A DNA stretch of 64,000 nt, from positions 1 to 64,000 of the IMG/VR virus record IMGVR_UViG_3300048999_000056. One strand, given 5' to 3'. Under the pieces are notes generated by a model, which searched no databases, was not told where the DNA came from, and saw only the letters and a program-made list of their open reading frames with translations. Source of the DNA: a virus. The first letter of the stretch is position 1. Every line of letters begins with the position of its first letter. Position numbers and translations under genes: made by a program. This document shows positions 1-9,124 of this stretch, piece after piece.

Positions 1-39
1 TTATATAAGTAGTAGCGTCGAACCAAATGGCGAGTTGAA

Positions 40-552
40 ATGTCCGGTTGCTGGTATTGCGTACAGTCACGCCCACGTCGCGAGTTCATGGCGCGGTCAC
101 ACCTCAACAGACAAGGCTTCAACACGTTGCTCCTGACCGATACGCGCGTCAGGACATATCGCGGCAACGTCAAACGCGAACAGGTCGTGTCGTTGTTCGG
201 CAACTACTTCTTCGTGTGGTTCGATATCATGCGCGATCCGTGGCAACGTATCTGTCACACCTACGGCGTGCGTCGGTTGTTCTCCGCTGATGCCGAGACG
301 CCGATCCCCGTGCCGCAACATTCGATTGACAGCTTACGCGCCTGCTCGACGCCAACTCCCACCAACGATCGTATTCACCCCGGCTGCCGCGCCAAGGTCA
401 TCAGCGGCCCCCTCACGATGCGCAACGGTGAAGAAACCTCCGGCATCGTCCAGTGGACACGCAACCAGCGCGCCGCGCTGCTCCTTGGCATGATGCAAGG
501 CGAGATCGAGGTCGAGTTCGACATAGCAAGCCTGGAACTGTGCGATGCCTAA
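40..552 (+). CDS. NusG/RfaH-family transcription antitermination factor
   Basis: NGN-like motifs WYCVQSRPRRE, LFGNYFFV and ICHTYGVRRL, followed by a KOW-like segment (PGCRAKVISGP); lies directly upstream of the terminase genes. Confidence 0.8.
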   Translation: MSGCWYCVQSRPRREFMARSHLNRQGFNTLLLTDTRVRTYRGNVKREQVVSLFGNYFFVWFDIMRDPWQRICHTYGVRRLFSADAETPIPVPQHSIDSLRACSTPTPTNDRIHPGCRAKVISGPLTMRNGEETSGIVQWTRNQRAALLLGMMQGEIEVEFDIASLELCDA

Positions 553-1168
553 GCGAATGCCTCTGCCTCATACGCTCAACGGTCACGGCAATCCGAAACC
601 GTTATCCCCGATGGACCCTCGCCGGTACGGCAACGGGCGTGCCAACGGTCATATGCTGCCCCCCGAGTATTTCGATCGCGTTGCCGAGTCCAGGGCAACC
701 TGCACGCCGCGCAAGCTGACCACCAACACGTCATACCGCGATTACTTCCCGCCGATGGTCTACCAGCTGCGTCTGATGGGCGCTTCAAATCGTTCAATCG
801 CCAATGCGTGCGATGTCTCCGAAAAGGACGTGTGGGACTGGACCTACAGCGATCGGCCGATTCCCGAGTTCGCCGAAGCGATGAAGCTGGGCGGTGAGCT
901 GGCGGATGCGCGTGTTGCCATGTCACAGTATCACCGCGCGATCGGCTACAGCCATCCCGATACCAAGATTGTCGTTGCCGGTGGCAATGTCGTGGAAGTG
1001 CCGATCACCAAACACTACCCGCCCGACGCCAGCGCCGGTCAGTTCTGGTTGACCAATCGCCAGAGCAAGCTATGGCGCAACAGAACGACGAACGAGCTGA
1101 CCGGTGCTGATGGCGAACCGCTCGTACCGCCGCAGCTGATCATTCAGCCGGTCGAGCCGAAAGGATAA
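545..1168 (+). CDS. terS: Terminase small subunit
   Basis: HTH-like region, then ADARVA..YHRAIGYSH..KHYPPD..A.QFWLTNRQ..WR typical of this TerS family; upstream of TerL. Confidence 0.8.
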   Translation: MPKRMPLPHTLNGHGNPKPLSPMDPRRYGNGRANGHMLPPEYFDRVAESRATCTPRKLTTNTSYRDYFPPMVYQLRLMGASNRSIANACDVSEKDVWDWTYSDRPIPEFAEAMKLGGELADARVAMSQYHRAIGYSHPDTKIVVAGGNVVEVPITKHYPPDASAGQFWLTNRQSKLWRNRTTNELTGADGEPLVPPQLIIQPVEPKG

Positions 1169-1175
1169 ACGCAAC

Positions 1176-1382
1176 ATGCATAGTCCTCTTCTGACGGTGC
1201 TGATCATCCTGCTGATCGTCGGCGCGCTTGGCGGTGGCTACTATGGGCGAGGCGCCGGCTGGTACGGTCCGCATCCCGGCAATCCCAACTACACGCCATC
1301 GTCAAATGGCTACTACTTTTCCAGCGGGCTTGGCGCCGTTCTCTTCATAGTGCTGCTCCTCCTGCTGCTCGGCGTCCTGTAA
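1176..1382 (+). CDS. Small two-TM membrane protein (DUF3309-like)
   Basis: Hydrophobic helix, Gly/Tyr-rich loop (GGGYYG), second hydrophobic helix. Confidence 0.6.
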   Translation: MHSPLLTVLIILLIVGALGGGYYGRGAGWYGPHPGNPNYTPSSNGYYFSSGLGAVLFIVLLLLLLGVL

Positions 1383-1600
1383 TGCATTCCTCAACCTTCG
1401 ACTATCTCAATCCGACCGATGAACAGAAGGCACGTATGGCGAAGGTGCGCGCAGCGTTTGCCGAACTGGCCGGCCAAGTTTTGCTCAACGTGCCGCCCGG
1501 AAAGGACCGTGCCTACTTGATACGCAAGCTACGTGAATGTGGCATGTGGGCCAACGTCGCCATTACTCGACATGACGATGGCTCGCCACGTGCTGGATAG
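1382..1600 (+). CDS. Acb2/Tad1-like helical hairpin protein (putative anti-defence nucleotide sponge)
   Basis: 72 aa; FDYLNPTDEQ...PPGKDRAYLIRKLRECGMWANVAITR resembles the family pattern F.Y..P..EQ...P..RE.SLA..KLEE..MWAN.AIAR. Confidence 0.6.
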   Translation: MHSSTFDYLNPTDEQKARMAKVRAAFAELAGQVLLNVPPGKDRAYLIRKLRECGMWANVAITRHDDGSPRAG

Positions 1601-1675
1601 AATGCAGATGGACCGCGCACAACGCAATCGCAGACTGACAAGCGACCTCCGTCCTCCTCCTGCTGGGACCAGGGG

Positions 1676-1963
1676 TTGTCGGCGCCGCTGCGATTGCTGT
1701 GCGACGGTCCGGTGACGGGCTCAATGGTTGAACCGGTAGATACTGCGAGCCCGTCACCACGTCTTCAAGCCGTGCTGTATCGCGGCTCGCGCGGTGTGGT
1801 CGGTGAAGCCTACATCCAATGCGACGAAGGGGAAATCATCGCAGTTCCCTACGCGGTCAGTCAGCTGATCGGCGACCGTGTCAAACGCTTCGCCAATATC
1901 GGCGAGCTGTGTCATTACATCGTCGCCAACAAGATTATGCTCACACGCATGACGGTGATATGA
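1676..1963 (+). CDS. Hypothetical protein
   Basis: ORF in operon orientation; stop overlaps the next ATG (ATGA). Confidence 0.45.
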   Translation: MSAPLRLLCDGPVTGSMVEPVDTASPSPRLQAVLYRGSRGVVGEAYIQCDEGEIIAVPYAVSQLIGDRVKRFANIGELCHYIVANKIMLTRMTVI

Positions 1964-2175
1964 CGCCGGCCTCTTATCTCCGCGAGTTCTTCGTTGAACC
2001 GGCTGACTGGCTGCGCTGGCGCCCTGTCGTGTTGTCGGCGAACGACAACGTGGTGCGTCCGCTGCATCCGTGCCTGCAATTCTTCCGTCGCGCAACGGCT
2101 GAGCGCGTAGCCTCGATTGCCCGGCAACAATATGCTGACGGTCGGTTTGCAGGAGCGAAAGAGCACGTACCGTGA
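1960..2175 (+). CDS. Hypothetical protein
   Basis: Starts MTPASYLREFF; 4-nt overlaps with both neighbours. Confidence 0.45.
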   Translation: MTPASYLREFFVEPADWLRWRPVVLSANDNVVRPLHPCLQFFRRATAERVASIARQQYADGRFAGAKEHVP

Positions 2176-3500
2176 CACGTATGCGTATGCCGTTTGCGGA
2201 GGAGCAACAACCGCAACCGCAGCTATTCATGCAGATGCCGGTCGCGTTCATACCGCTGCTCGACCGGCGGATGCCCGACGGCACGCCGATCCGTTACAAA
2301 TGCTACTTCGGCGGACGCGGCGCCGGTCGCAGCTGGAACTTCGCCCGCGCTCTTGTCGGCGAAGCGTTCACCGAACAACACCTGATCCTCTGCACACGCG
2401 AGTTTCAGAACACGATTGCAGACTCGGTCAAGCGCGTGATCGAGACGCAGATCGCTGCCATGAAACTCGATCCATGGTTCCGCATCACGGAAACCAACAT
2501 AACGTGCCGGCTGACCGGCAGCGAGTTCATCTTCAAAGGTCTGCGTCGCGACATCCAGGGCATCAGATCGCTGGAGGGCGTGACACGCTGCTGGGTAGAG
2601 GAAGGCCAGTGGACCACTAATGACTCGTGGCTGATCCTCGACCCTACCATACGAGCGCCTGGCAGCCAGATTTGGGTATCCTATAACCCGGTCGATGAAA
2701 CCGATCCGACGCACCAGATGTTCGCGATCGATGAACACCGGCCGCACGACGCGTTGGTGCGCAAAGTCTCGTATCGTGACAATCCATGGTTTCCTGCCGA
2801 GCTGGAGCGGTTGCGCGTCCGTATGCTGGAGCAGGACCCGGATGCCTACGACTGGGTGTGGGAAGGCGAGTGCCGCAAGATATCAGCGGCGGCGATCTTC
2901 AAGGACAATTACATTGTCGAGGGTTTCGAGGAACCGGAGAAAGTTGACCGCTACTTCTTCGGTCTGGACTTCGGCTTTGCGCATGATGCGCTCGCAGCTG
3001 TGCGCTGCTACATCCACAACGATCAATTGTGGATCACGCACGAGTTCTACGCAATCGGCGTGGAGATCGACGACATAGCGCCCGCATTGAAGGGCGGACG
3101 CTCAGAGCGCAACGGCGCACAGTTTGAAGGTATCCCCGGTATCGAGCACTGGCCGGTGAAGGCTGACAGTGCGCGGCCCGAGACGATCAGTTATCTCGCG
3201 CGGCAAGGTCTCAACGTGACAGCCGCGGAGAAATGGCAAGGCTCTGTCGAGGACGGTATCTCGCACTTGAAGGGCTTTCGCAAAATCCACGTGCACACGC
3301 GCTGTGTCAACACGGCGCAGGAGTTCCGGCTCTACAGCTACAGGATCGACGCGAAAGCGAAGGACAAGCACAATCCGCAACCGGGCGATATCCTGCCGGT
3401 GCCAGAGGACAAGCACAACCACGCCATCGACGCAACACGCTACGCGCTCGACGGTTACATTCAACGTCGCGGTGGTCTGGGCGTGTGGGCCAAGCTGTGA
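2172..3500 (+). CDS. terL: Terminase large subunit (PBSX-type)
   Basis: Walker A-like GGRGAGRS, CTREFQNTIADSV, Walker B WVEEG, SYNP, nuclease motifs GLDFGF and NHAIDATRYA. Confidence 0.95.
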   Translation: MTRMRMPFAEEQQPQPQLFMQMPVAFIPLLDRRMPDGTPIRYKCYFGGRGAGRSWNFARALVGEAFTEQHLILCTREFQNTIADSVKRVIETQIAAMKLDPWFRITETNITCRLTGSEFIFKGLRRDIQGIRSLEGVTRCWVEEGQWTTNDSWLILDPTIRAPGSQIWVSYNPVDETDPTHQMFAIDEHRPHDALVRKVSYRDNPWFPAELERLRVRMLEQDPDAYDWVWEGECRKISAAAIFKDNYIVEGFEEPEKVDRYFFGLDFGFAHDALAAVRCYIHNDQLWITHEFYAIGVEIDDIAPALKGGRSERNGAQFEGIPGIEHWPVKADSARPETISYLARQGLNVTAAEKWQGSVEDGISHLKGFRKIHVHTRCVNTAQEFRLYSYRIDAKAKDKHNPQPGDILPVPEDKHNHAIDATRYALDGYIQRRGGLGVWAKL

Positions 3501-3511
3501 AAAACGGTTTT

Positions 3512-3530
3512 GGTATATAATAGATGGCAT
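3512..3530 (+). promoter_or_regulatory. Putative promoter/leader of GGY-NN array 1
   Basis: GGTATATAATAGATGGCAT (contains TATAAT) in a GC-rich genome; similar motifs precede arrays 2 and 3. Confidence 0.65.
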
Positions 3531-5449
3531 CGAATGGGTAGGCCAGGCATGTTGCGGTTTGGCTCGGCAGGCATCGCAACCACGCTCGGCATCGCAGGAT
3601 CGGCTTGGCGTGTGTTGGCTAGATAGGGCACGGTCCCGCAGGTAGGGCATGTGAGGGCTTGCGGCGGCAACGTTAGGCTTGGCGTTGCAGGCAGGTCGCG
3701 GTTCGACCAGACCCGGCTAGGCAGGGTTAGACGTGGCATCGCAGGATCGGCTCGGAACGTCACCGTTAGCTTTGGCTCGGGACGACTTGGCAGGCGAGTC
3801 TAGACAAGGCAAGTCAGGGCAAGGATCGACATCGCAGGCTCGGCTCGGTAGTTCTCGGCATGGTCCTGCCACGTAGGGTTGGGCATCGCAGGCAAGGCAT
3901 GGCGGGGTTCGACCACGCTCGGATCGGTTTGGCGTTGCAGGCTCGGTTCGGCAAGGCAGGCTCAGGCTCGACGTGTCATCGCAGGCGTGGCAATGATTGG
4001 CAAATCAGGGTTCGGCACGTCTAGGCCCGGCAGCGCAGGCATCGCAGGGACCGCATCGGTTTGTCAGGTCGTGGCACGGTGGGACGTGGCAGGCTAGACA
4101 TAGCAGGACGTGATAGGGCCGGGTTCGGTATCGCAGGTGAGGCTAGGCACGTCGTCGTGTGGACTGGACCGGCAACGTCCGGCAGGCACGGTTCGGCTTA
4201 GCAGGGCTTGTCAAAGGCAGGGTACGGGTTGGCTGGCGAGGCATGGCATCGTGCGGCCACGATAGTCCAGGCGGGTTGCGGCGGGCATGGCATGGCAAGA
4301 TACGGCGCCGCTCGACGCGGTATGTCGGCGCAGGCAGGTCTAGGCGCGGCTCGACGTGGCTTGGTCCGTTCCGGCCGGCTCCGCTCGGCACGGCATGGTA
4401 CGGAGCGTTCGGCAAGGCAGGGCGGGCTCGGCACGGTATGAGGCGGCTCGACGCCGGTGGGCAACGCAGGCACGGATCGTGAGGCAGCTCTAGGGATGGC
4501 TCGGCTCGACACCGCAGGCTTGGGTAGGCGAGTTGACGAAACGCTCGGCATGACGGGGCTCGGTAGGGCTGGCTTGGATTGGCGCGGATCGGCATGGCAC
4601 GTTGAGGTCCGGCAACGCAGGCTTGGTTGGGTTAGGCCCGACGTATCGCGGTTCGGCTCGACACGACAGGGCAGGCGTGGATTGGTAGGCGTGGATCGGC
4701 CTCGACTGGCATCGCATGGTATGGCAGGCGCGGCAAGAGTCGGCAGCGCTGGTCTAGTTCCGGCTGGTCATGGCGGGCACGGCAGGTTGAGACATGGTTC
4801 GGCCCGCCCACGTATCGCACGCTTTGGCATGGCGTCGCAGGCACGGTAAGCTGAGACATGGTCCGGCCCGGTTTGGCAGCGAAGGGTAGGGCATCGCAGG
4901 CTTGTCACGGCTGGGCAGGGGTCGTTGAGGCAATGTTAGGCATGGCGTCGCAGGCTCGGCTCGGTTAGGCATGTCCGCGTTTCGCGTGGCTCGGTTGCGC
5001 GGGCAGGGTTTGGTCGGTTTGTCCAGTCACGTCCCGGCTCGTTGGCGCTGGTCGTGGCCGGCATGGCAAGGTGAGCATAGGCTGGACACGGCAAGGGCGG
5101 CAACGCGGGCACGGCATGGCAATTCTCGGCTGGGCGACGTTTGGCAACGCGGGCGTGGATTGTCTCGGCAAGGCTGGTCGGGGATTGGTCAGGCAGGCCC
5201 CGCTTGGTCGGCTCGGCATGGCTAGTCAGCTCTCGTCAGGACGTGGCAGCCGTGGGAAGGCGAGGGCAGGCGTCCGGCGGTTCGGCAAGGCACCGCTGGC
5301 TGCGCTCGGTTTGGTCGGCTCGGGAAGGCTAGGTGGGGCTTCAGCAGGGCAGGCATGGCCCGACACGGCTCGACATGGTTAGGCGGGGCATGGTCCCGCT
5401 GGCATGCCATGGCACGGCGACGCCAGACGGGGCTAGACCAGGCAGGCAT
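3526..5449 (+). repeat. GGY-NN pentamer array 1 (putative guide-RNA array, roughly 35-40 units)
   Basis: 5-nt periodicity; unit ends such as GGCAT-CGCA start at 3588, 3632, 3681, 3735, 3784, 3828, 3882, 3931, 3975 and 4029 (spacings 44/49/54); no credible ORF. Confidence 0.9.
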
Positions 5450-5467
5450 ATATGATGGAGGTTGCGC

Positions 5468-5863
5468 ATGCTGCAACCTTTTTCAATGGATGGACAATAC
5501 CTTCAACTCGTGGCGCATCTGCGCGGTTGCGAACACGCGCTCTCCGATGATTTCAGGGGAGCGTGGGCGCCAGCCGCGCAACCGCGCCTCATGTGGGCAA
5601 TCGAGATCAACGTCGAAATGCCGCTCGATCCGTGCGACCTCGAAAAGCGGTTCGCGGCAATGGCGTTGAAGTACAAGATCGACATGCGGCAAGGCGACGC
5701 TCTGACGCCGCCGCTGCAACCACCTTATCCAGCATTGCGCCGGCACATACGCAAGGCGCGTAGCTTCTATGGTTTCATTGTCACCTATGTAGCGATGGTG
5801 CCGCATCCGGCAGCGTCGTGCACGAAACCGCCCTTCATTCCATTGGAGCCGATAGCGGCATGA
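5468..5863 (+). CDS. Hypothetical protein
   Basis: GGAGG upstream; overlaps the next ATG. Confidence 0.5.
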   Translation: MLQPFSMDGQYLQLVAHLRGCEHALSDDFRGAWAPAAQPRLMWAIEINVEMPLDPCDLEKRFAAMALKYKIDMRQGDALTPPLQPPYPALRRHIRKARSFYGFIVTYVAMVPHPAASCTKPPFIPLEPIAA

Positions 5864-6171
5864 TCAACCGTCGTAGGTTTGTGCAGGGATTGCTGGCATT
5901 GCCGGCGATCGTGCGAACGCCCGGCCTGCTCATGCCGGTGCGGCCGATCAGACCGCAGCTGGGTCCTGTGTCTGGCAAGTTCTACTTTGAAGTTGGCTGG
6001 GGCGAGCCTGCAACAGCGACGAGCGCTTGGTTGAACAAGACACCTGACGAAGTCTTGGCCGACGTGAATCAGATTTTCTCGATTGGCTGGGACCAATGTC
6101 AACCTGATTGGCAAGTCGTGTTCGACGACGGCAATCTGCAAGTGAAGCCGACAGAGTTTGGAAGTTTCTGA
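5860..6171 (+). CDS. Hypothetical protein with an RR/Tat-like N-terminus
   Basis: MINRRRFVQGLLALPAIVR..LMPVR; ATGA overlap with the upstream gene. Confidence 0.55.
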   Translation: MINRRRFVQGLLALPAIVRTPGLLMPVRPIRPQLGPVSGKFYFEVGWGEPATATSAWLNKTPDEVLADVNQIFSIGWDQCQPDWQVVFDDGNLQVKPTEFGSF

Positions 6172-6172
6172 C

Positions 6173-6349
6173 ATGGGCCGCATCCCCGCTGAGCTGCAGC
6201 CATACGTCAACCGCCTGACCGGCTGGCAACGCAATCAATGGGCGAAAGCCGGTTATCCTGTCGAGGTCCGCGCGGTGCAACGCTATGCGCGTATGCGCAA
6301 GCCTGAGTTTCGCATGCAGGCGCGCTCCAGGCGACGGCGCCGTGCGTGA
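6173..6349 (+). CDS. Small basic hypothetical protein
   Basis: LTGWQRNQWAKAGYP; operon-like spacing. Confidence 0.45.
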   Translation: MGRIPAELQPYVNRLTGWQRNQWAKAGYPVEVRAVQRYARMRKPEFRMQARSRRRRRA

Positions 6350-6491
6350 ACCCTGAGCACGAAGAAGCCCATAGACGCGCCGCCGACAAGCGCCGTGACG
6401 ATCGGCGACGAGATCGTCTGGCCTGGTTCGGTGTGTGGATCGGTGTCTTCACGGCGCTGATCGCCATGGCAATAGCTGTAGGATTTCACCG

Positions 6492-8612
6492 TTGAGCGAT
6501 CGTGTCACCAAACCACGGGTGCGCGTGCAGGCTGGTAGCCCCAACAAGGCTTTCGTTGGCGATAGCTTCGCCAACTTCGCCGGCAATCTCGGCTACGGCA
6601 CGCAGAACCCGTCATCAGGCGCAACGTATGGTTTCCATCCGTTGTCGCGTGATCGTACGCTGCTCGAATGGATGTATCGGGGCAGCTGGCTTGTCCGCAA
6701 GGTCGTTGACTGCCCTGCCGACGATATGACGCGTGAGGGCATCAACATCGAAAGCGACATGCCGCCCGATGACATCGACGAGTTTACCCAGTTCTGGAAC
6801 AACCTGCAACTTTGGCAGCGGATCAACGCTACGCTGAAGTGGGCACGCCTGTATGGCGGCTGCCTCGCAGTTATGATGATCGCGGATCAGGACCCTGAGA
6901 CGCCGTTGCGGATCGACACGATCGGCAAGAATCAGTTCAAAGGGTTGATGGTGCTCGATCGGTGGATGGTCTGGCCGCACAACGATCTCGTGCGCGACTA
7001 CGGCGCCGACTACGGCAAGCCCAAGCTGTATGAGGTTGTCGCCGATGCGCGGTCGCAGCCGCGTTTGAAGGTGCACTATTCACGCGTCATACGCTTCGAC
7101 GGTGTTGAGCTGCCGTATTGGCAGAAGATGTCGGAGAACGAGTGGGGCCTCTCGGTCATTGAGCCGTTGTGGGATCGGATGATTGCATTCGACTCTGCGA
7201 CACAGGGCGCTGCCCAGTTGATCTATAAGGCGCATCTGCGCATTCTCAAGCTGCCGCAATATCGCGAACTGATCGCGTCGGGCGGTGCGATGTTCCAAGC
7301 CGTCATGCGGCAAATCCAGATGATCCGCATGATGCAGACCAACGAGGGTCTGACGGTCCTCGACGGCGAGGATGATTTCGTCTCGCAGCAATACAACTTC
7401 GGCGGCCTCGCCGAAATGATGATCCAGTTCGGTCAACAAGTGTCCGGCGCTGCCGACGTGCCGATGACACGTATGTTCGGACAGTCTCCCGCCGGCATGA
7501 ACGCAACAGGCGAGTCCGACCTGCGGAACTACTACGATGGTATTCGCTCGCAACAGGAGTTCCGCCTGCGTCGCGTAATCAAGCAGTTGCTTGATATCAC
7601 CTATCGCTCGATGACAGGACGGCCTTTGCCGCGTGGCTTCAACTTTTCGTTCAAGCCGCTATGGCAGTTGACCGACGAGATCAAGGCGCAGATCGCCACA
7701 GCGCACGCGACGGCGACCGAGGGCTTGCTGCAGGCTGGCGTCTTCACGCCGGCTATCGCACTGAAGGAAATCCGCCAGTCGTCACGGTTGACCGGTTTTG
7801 GTAGCAACATCACAGACGAGGATATCGAAGCTGCCGAACAGGCGCCGCCCATGCCCATGGAAGCCGGTATGCCAGGGGCGCCAGGACAGCCTGGACTGGC
7901 GGGACCGGAAGGCGACATGCCTGTGCCCGGCGTGCCCGGACCTGAGCAGCAGCCTGGATTGCCAGGGTTGCCGGCCGGTCGCGAGGCGCCGATGGAACTC
8001 GCGCCCAGGGAGGCGCTGCGGCGGCTCTCAGGCGCTGCCACAGGGCGGCAAGCAGCGACTGAAGAGGATGATGCCGCGAGATCGCCGGAGCCGCTGGCGG
8101 GCGCTCATATCAAGCTGCATGAGGGTGTCACGGCACGCGCCAATCTGCCCGGCACGCAAGTCAACTTCGACCGCCGCTCGATTATCGACATGGGCGGTCT
8201 GCAATGCGTGATCGAAACCGCCAAGGGTGAACAGCGGCTCGGCTACGGCTGGGCCGATGTCATGCCTTGCAACTATGGCTACATCACCGGCACGTCCTCC
8301 GCCGAGGGTGAGCGCGAACAGATGGATTGCTTCGTCGGCGACGATCTGACGAGTGATCGCGTTTGGATAATCGACCAGATCAACCCCGGCACAGCGCACT
8401 TCGACGAGCATAAGGTGATGCTCGGCTTCAGCTCGCGTGACGACGCATTGCAGACCTACCATGCAGCGTTCGGCGATGGCTCCGGTCCAGCCCGCGTCGG
8501 CACGGTGCGTGAAATGAGTATCGGCACGTTGAAGCGGTGGCTGGAGGATTGGAAATACGCCAATGCGCCGCCGCGCCGGTCCGCCAACGGAGACGCAAGA
8601 TATGATCGTTGA
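6492..8612 (+). CDS. Portal protein (DUF1073 family) with a C-terminal inorganic-pyrophosphatase-like domain; start codon uncertain
   Basis: YRGSWLVRKVVDCPADDMTR, WARLYGG, HYSRV, FGQSPAGMNATGESDLRNYYD; Pro/Gly linker; then IETAKG..YGYI.GT..DCFVG..FDEHKVMLGF. Confidence 0.9.
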   Translation: MSDRVTKPRVRVQAGSPNKAFVGDSFANFAGNLGYGTQNPSSGATYGFHPLSRDRTLLEWMYRGSWLVRKVVDCPADDMTREGINIESDMPPDDIDEFTQFWNNLQLWQRINATLKWARLYGGCLAVMMIADQDPETPLRIDTIGKNQFKGLMVLDRWMVWPHNDLVRDYGADYGKPKLYEVVADARSQPRLKVHYSRVIRFDGVELPYWQKMSENEWGLSVIEPLWDRMIAFDSATQGAAQLIYKAHLRILKLPQYRELIASGGAMFQAVMRQIQMIRMMQTNEGLTVLDGEDDFVSQQYNFGGLAEMMIQFGQQVSGAADVPMTRMFGQSPAGMNATGESDLRNYYDGIRSQQEFRLRRVIKQLLDITYRSMTGRPLPRGFNFSFKPLWQLTDEIKAQIATAHATATEGLLQAGVFTPAIALKEIRQSSRLTGFGSNITDEDIEAAEQAPPMPMEAGMPGAPGQPGLAGPEGDMPVPGVPGPEQQPGLPGLPAGREAPMELAPREALRRLSGAATGRQAATEEDDAARSPEPLAGAHIKLHEGVTARANLPGTQVNFDRRSIIDMGGLQCVIETAKGEQRLGYGWADVMPCNYGYITGTSSAEGEREQMDCFVGDDLTSDRVWIIDQINPGTAHFDEHKVMLGFSSRDDALQTYHAAFGDGSGPARVGTVREMSIGTLKRWLEDWKYANAPPRRSANGDARYDR

Positions 8613-8772
8613 TCTCCTCGAGCTGCTGGCGCTGTTCCTGTTGTCATTCTTCTGGGTGCCACCACCACCGATCCGTATCATCGTGTGGGCGGTGTTGCTG
8701 ATCGCATTGCTGTTGCTGATACTGCCGGCTACCGGCGTAACAGTCAACGGCAGGCTGGGTTATCTACGATAG
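8602..8772 (+). CDS. Small two-TM membrane protein
   Basis: Two hydrophobic stretches separated by PPPP. Confidence 0.55.
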   Translation: MIVDLLELLALFLLSFFWVPPPPIRIIVWAVLLIALLLLILPATGVTVNGRLGYLR

Positions 8773-8911
8773 GAGGCGCCGATACAGACAGTGCATAGTT
8801 GATTAACTCCGTTTCGGATTCTTCCAAAGAAGCGAGCATGCACCGTCCTGACGGTTGTAGGTGACACCGGGAGTTTGAGGGCGGAACCTTCATAAACGCA
8901 GGAGACATACC

Positions 8912-9124
8912 ATGTCTGACGAACCGCAGCCTGCTGATCAGCCGCAGCCTGACGAAGAGGAGCTGCGTCGGCAGGCGCGCATTCAGAGCGGCAGCCTGAT
9001 CGACAACCACAACCCCGACAACCCGAACTTCAAGCAAGGTCAACAGACTTGGCCTGACTCGTCACCGCAAGGCGACGTGAATAACCCCGACAGTCTGGTC
9101 AACCAGCAAAACCAGAATGGCTGA
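8912..9124 (+). CDS. Hypothetical Gln/Asn/Pro-rich protein
   Basis: AGGAG RBS; low complexity. Confidence 0.55.
   Translation: MSDEPQPADQPQPDEEELRRQARIQSGSLIDNHNPDNPNFKQGQQTWPDSSPQGDVNNPDSLVNQQNQNG

Noticed and set aside
3526-5449. Canonical CRISPR array
   Set aside because: There is no identical 25-40-nt direct repeat with unique spacers; conservation is interleaved at a 5-nt period; no cas1 or cas2 is visible.
3526-5449. Simple microsatellite or assembly artefact
   Set aside because: Units are non-identical, keep a 5n+4 grammar, recur at four loci on both strands, respect gene boundaries and share a leader.
3461-5476. Many overlapping ORFs rich in ARHG/RLG/PCRA on both strands
   Set aside because: They are by-products of the stop-poor pentamer repeat: similar low-complexity peptides in all frames, no RBS and no consistent frame.
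6492-7840. Anti-CBASS Acb1 label sometimes attached to DUF1073 proteins
   Set aside because: This segment is the portal core, and I see no paired HxT phosphoesterase motifs in the protein.
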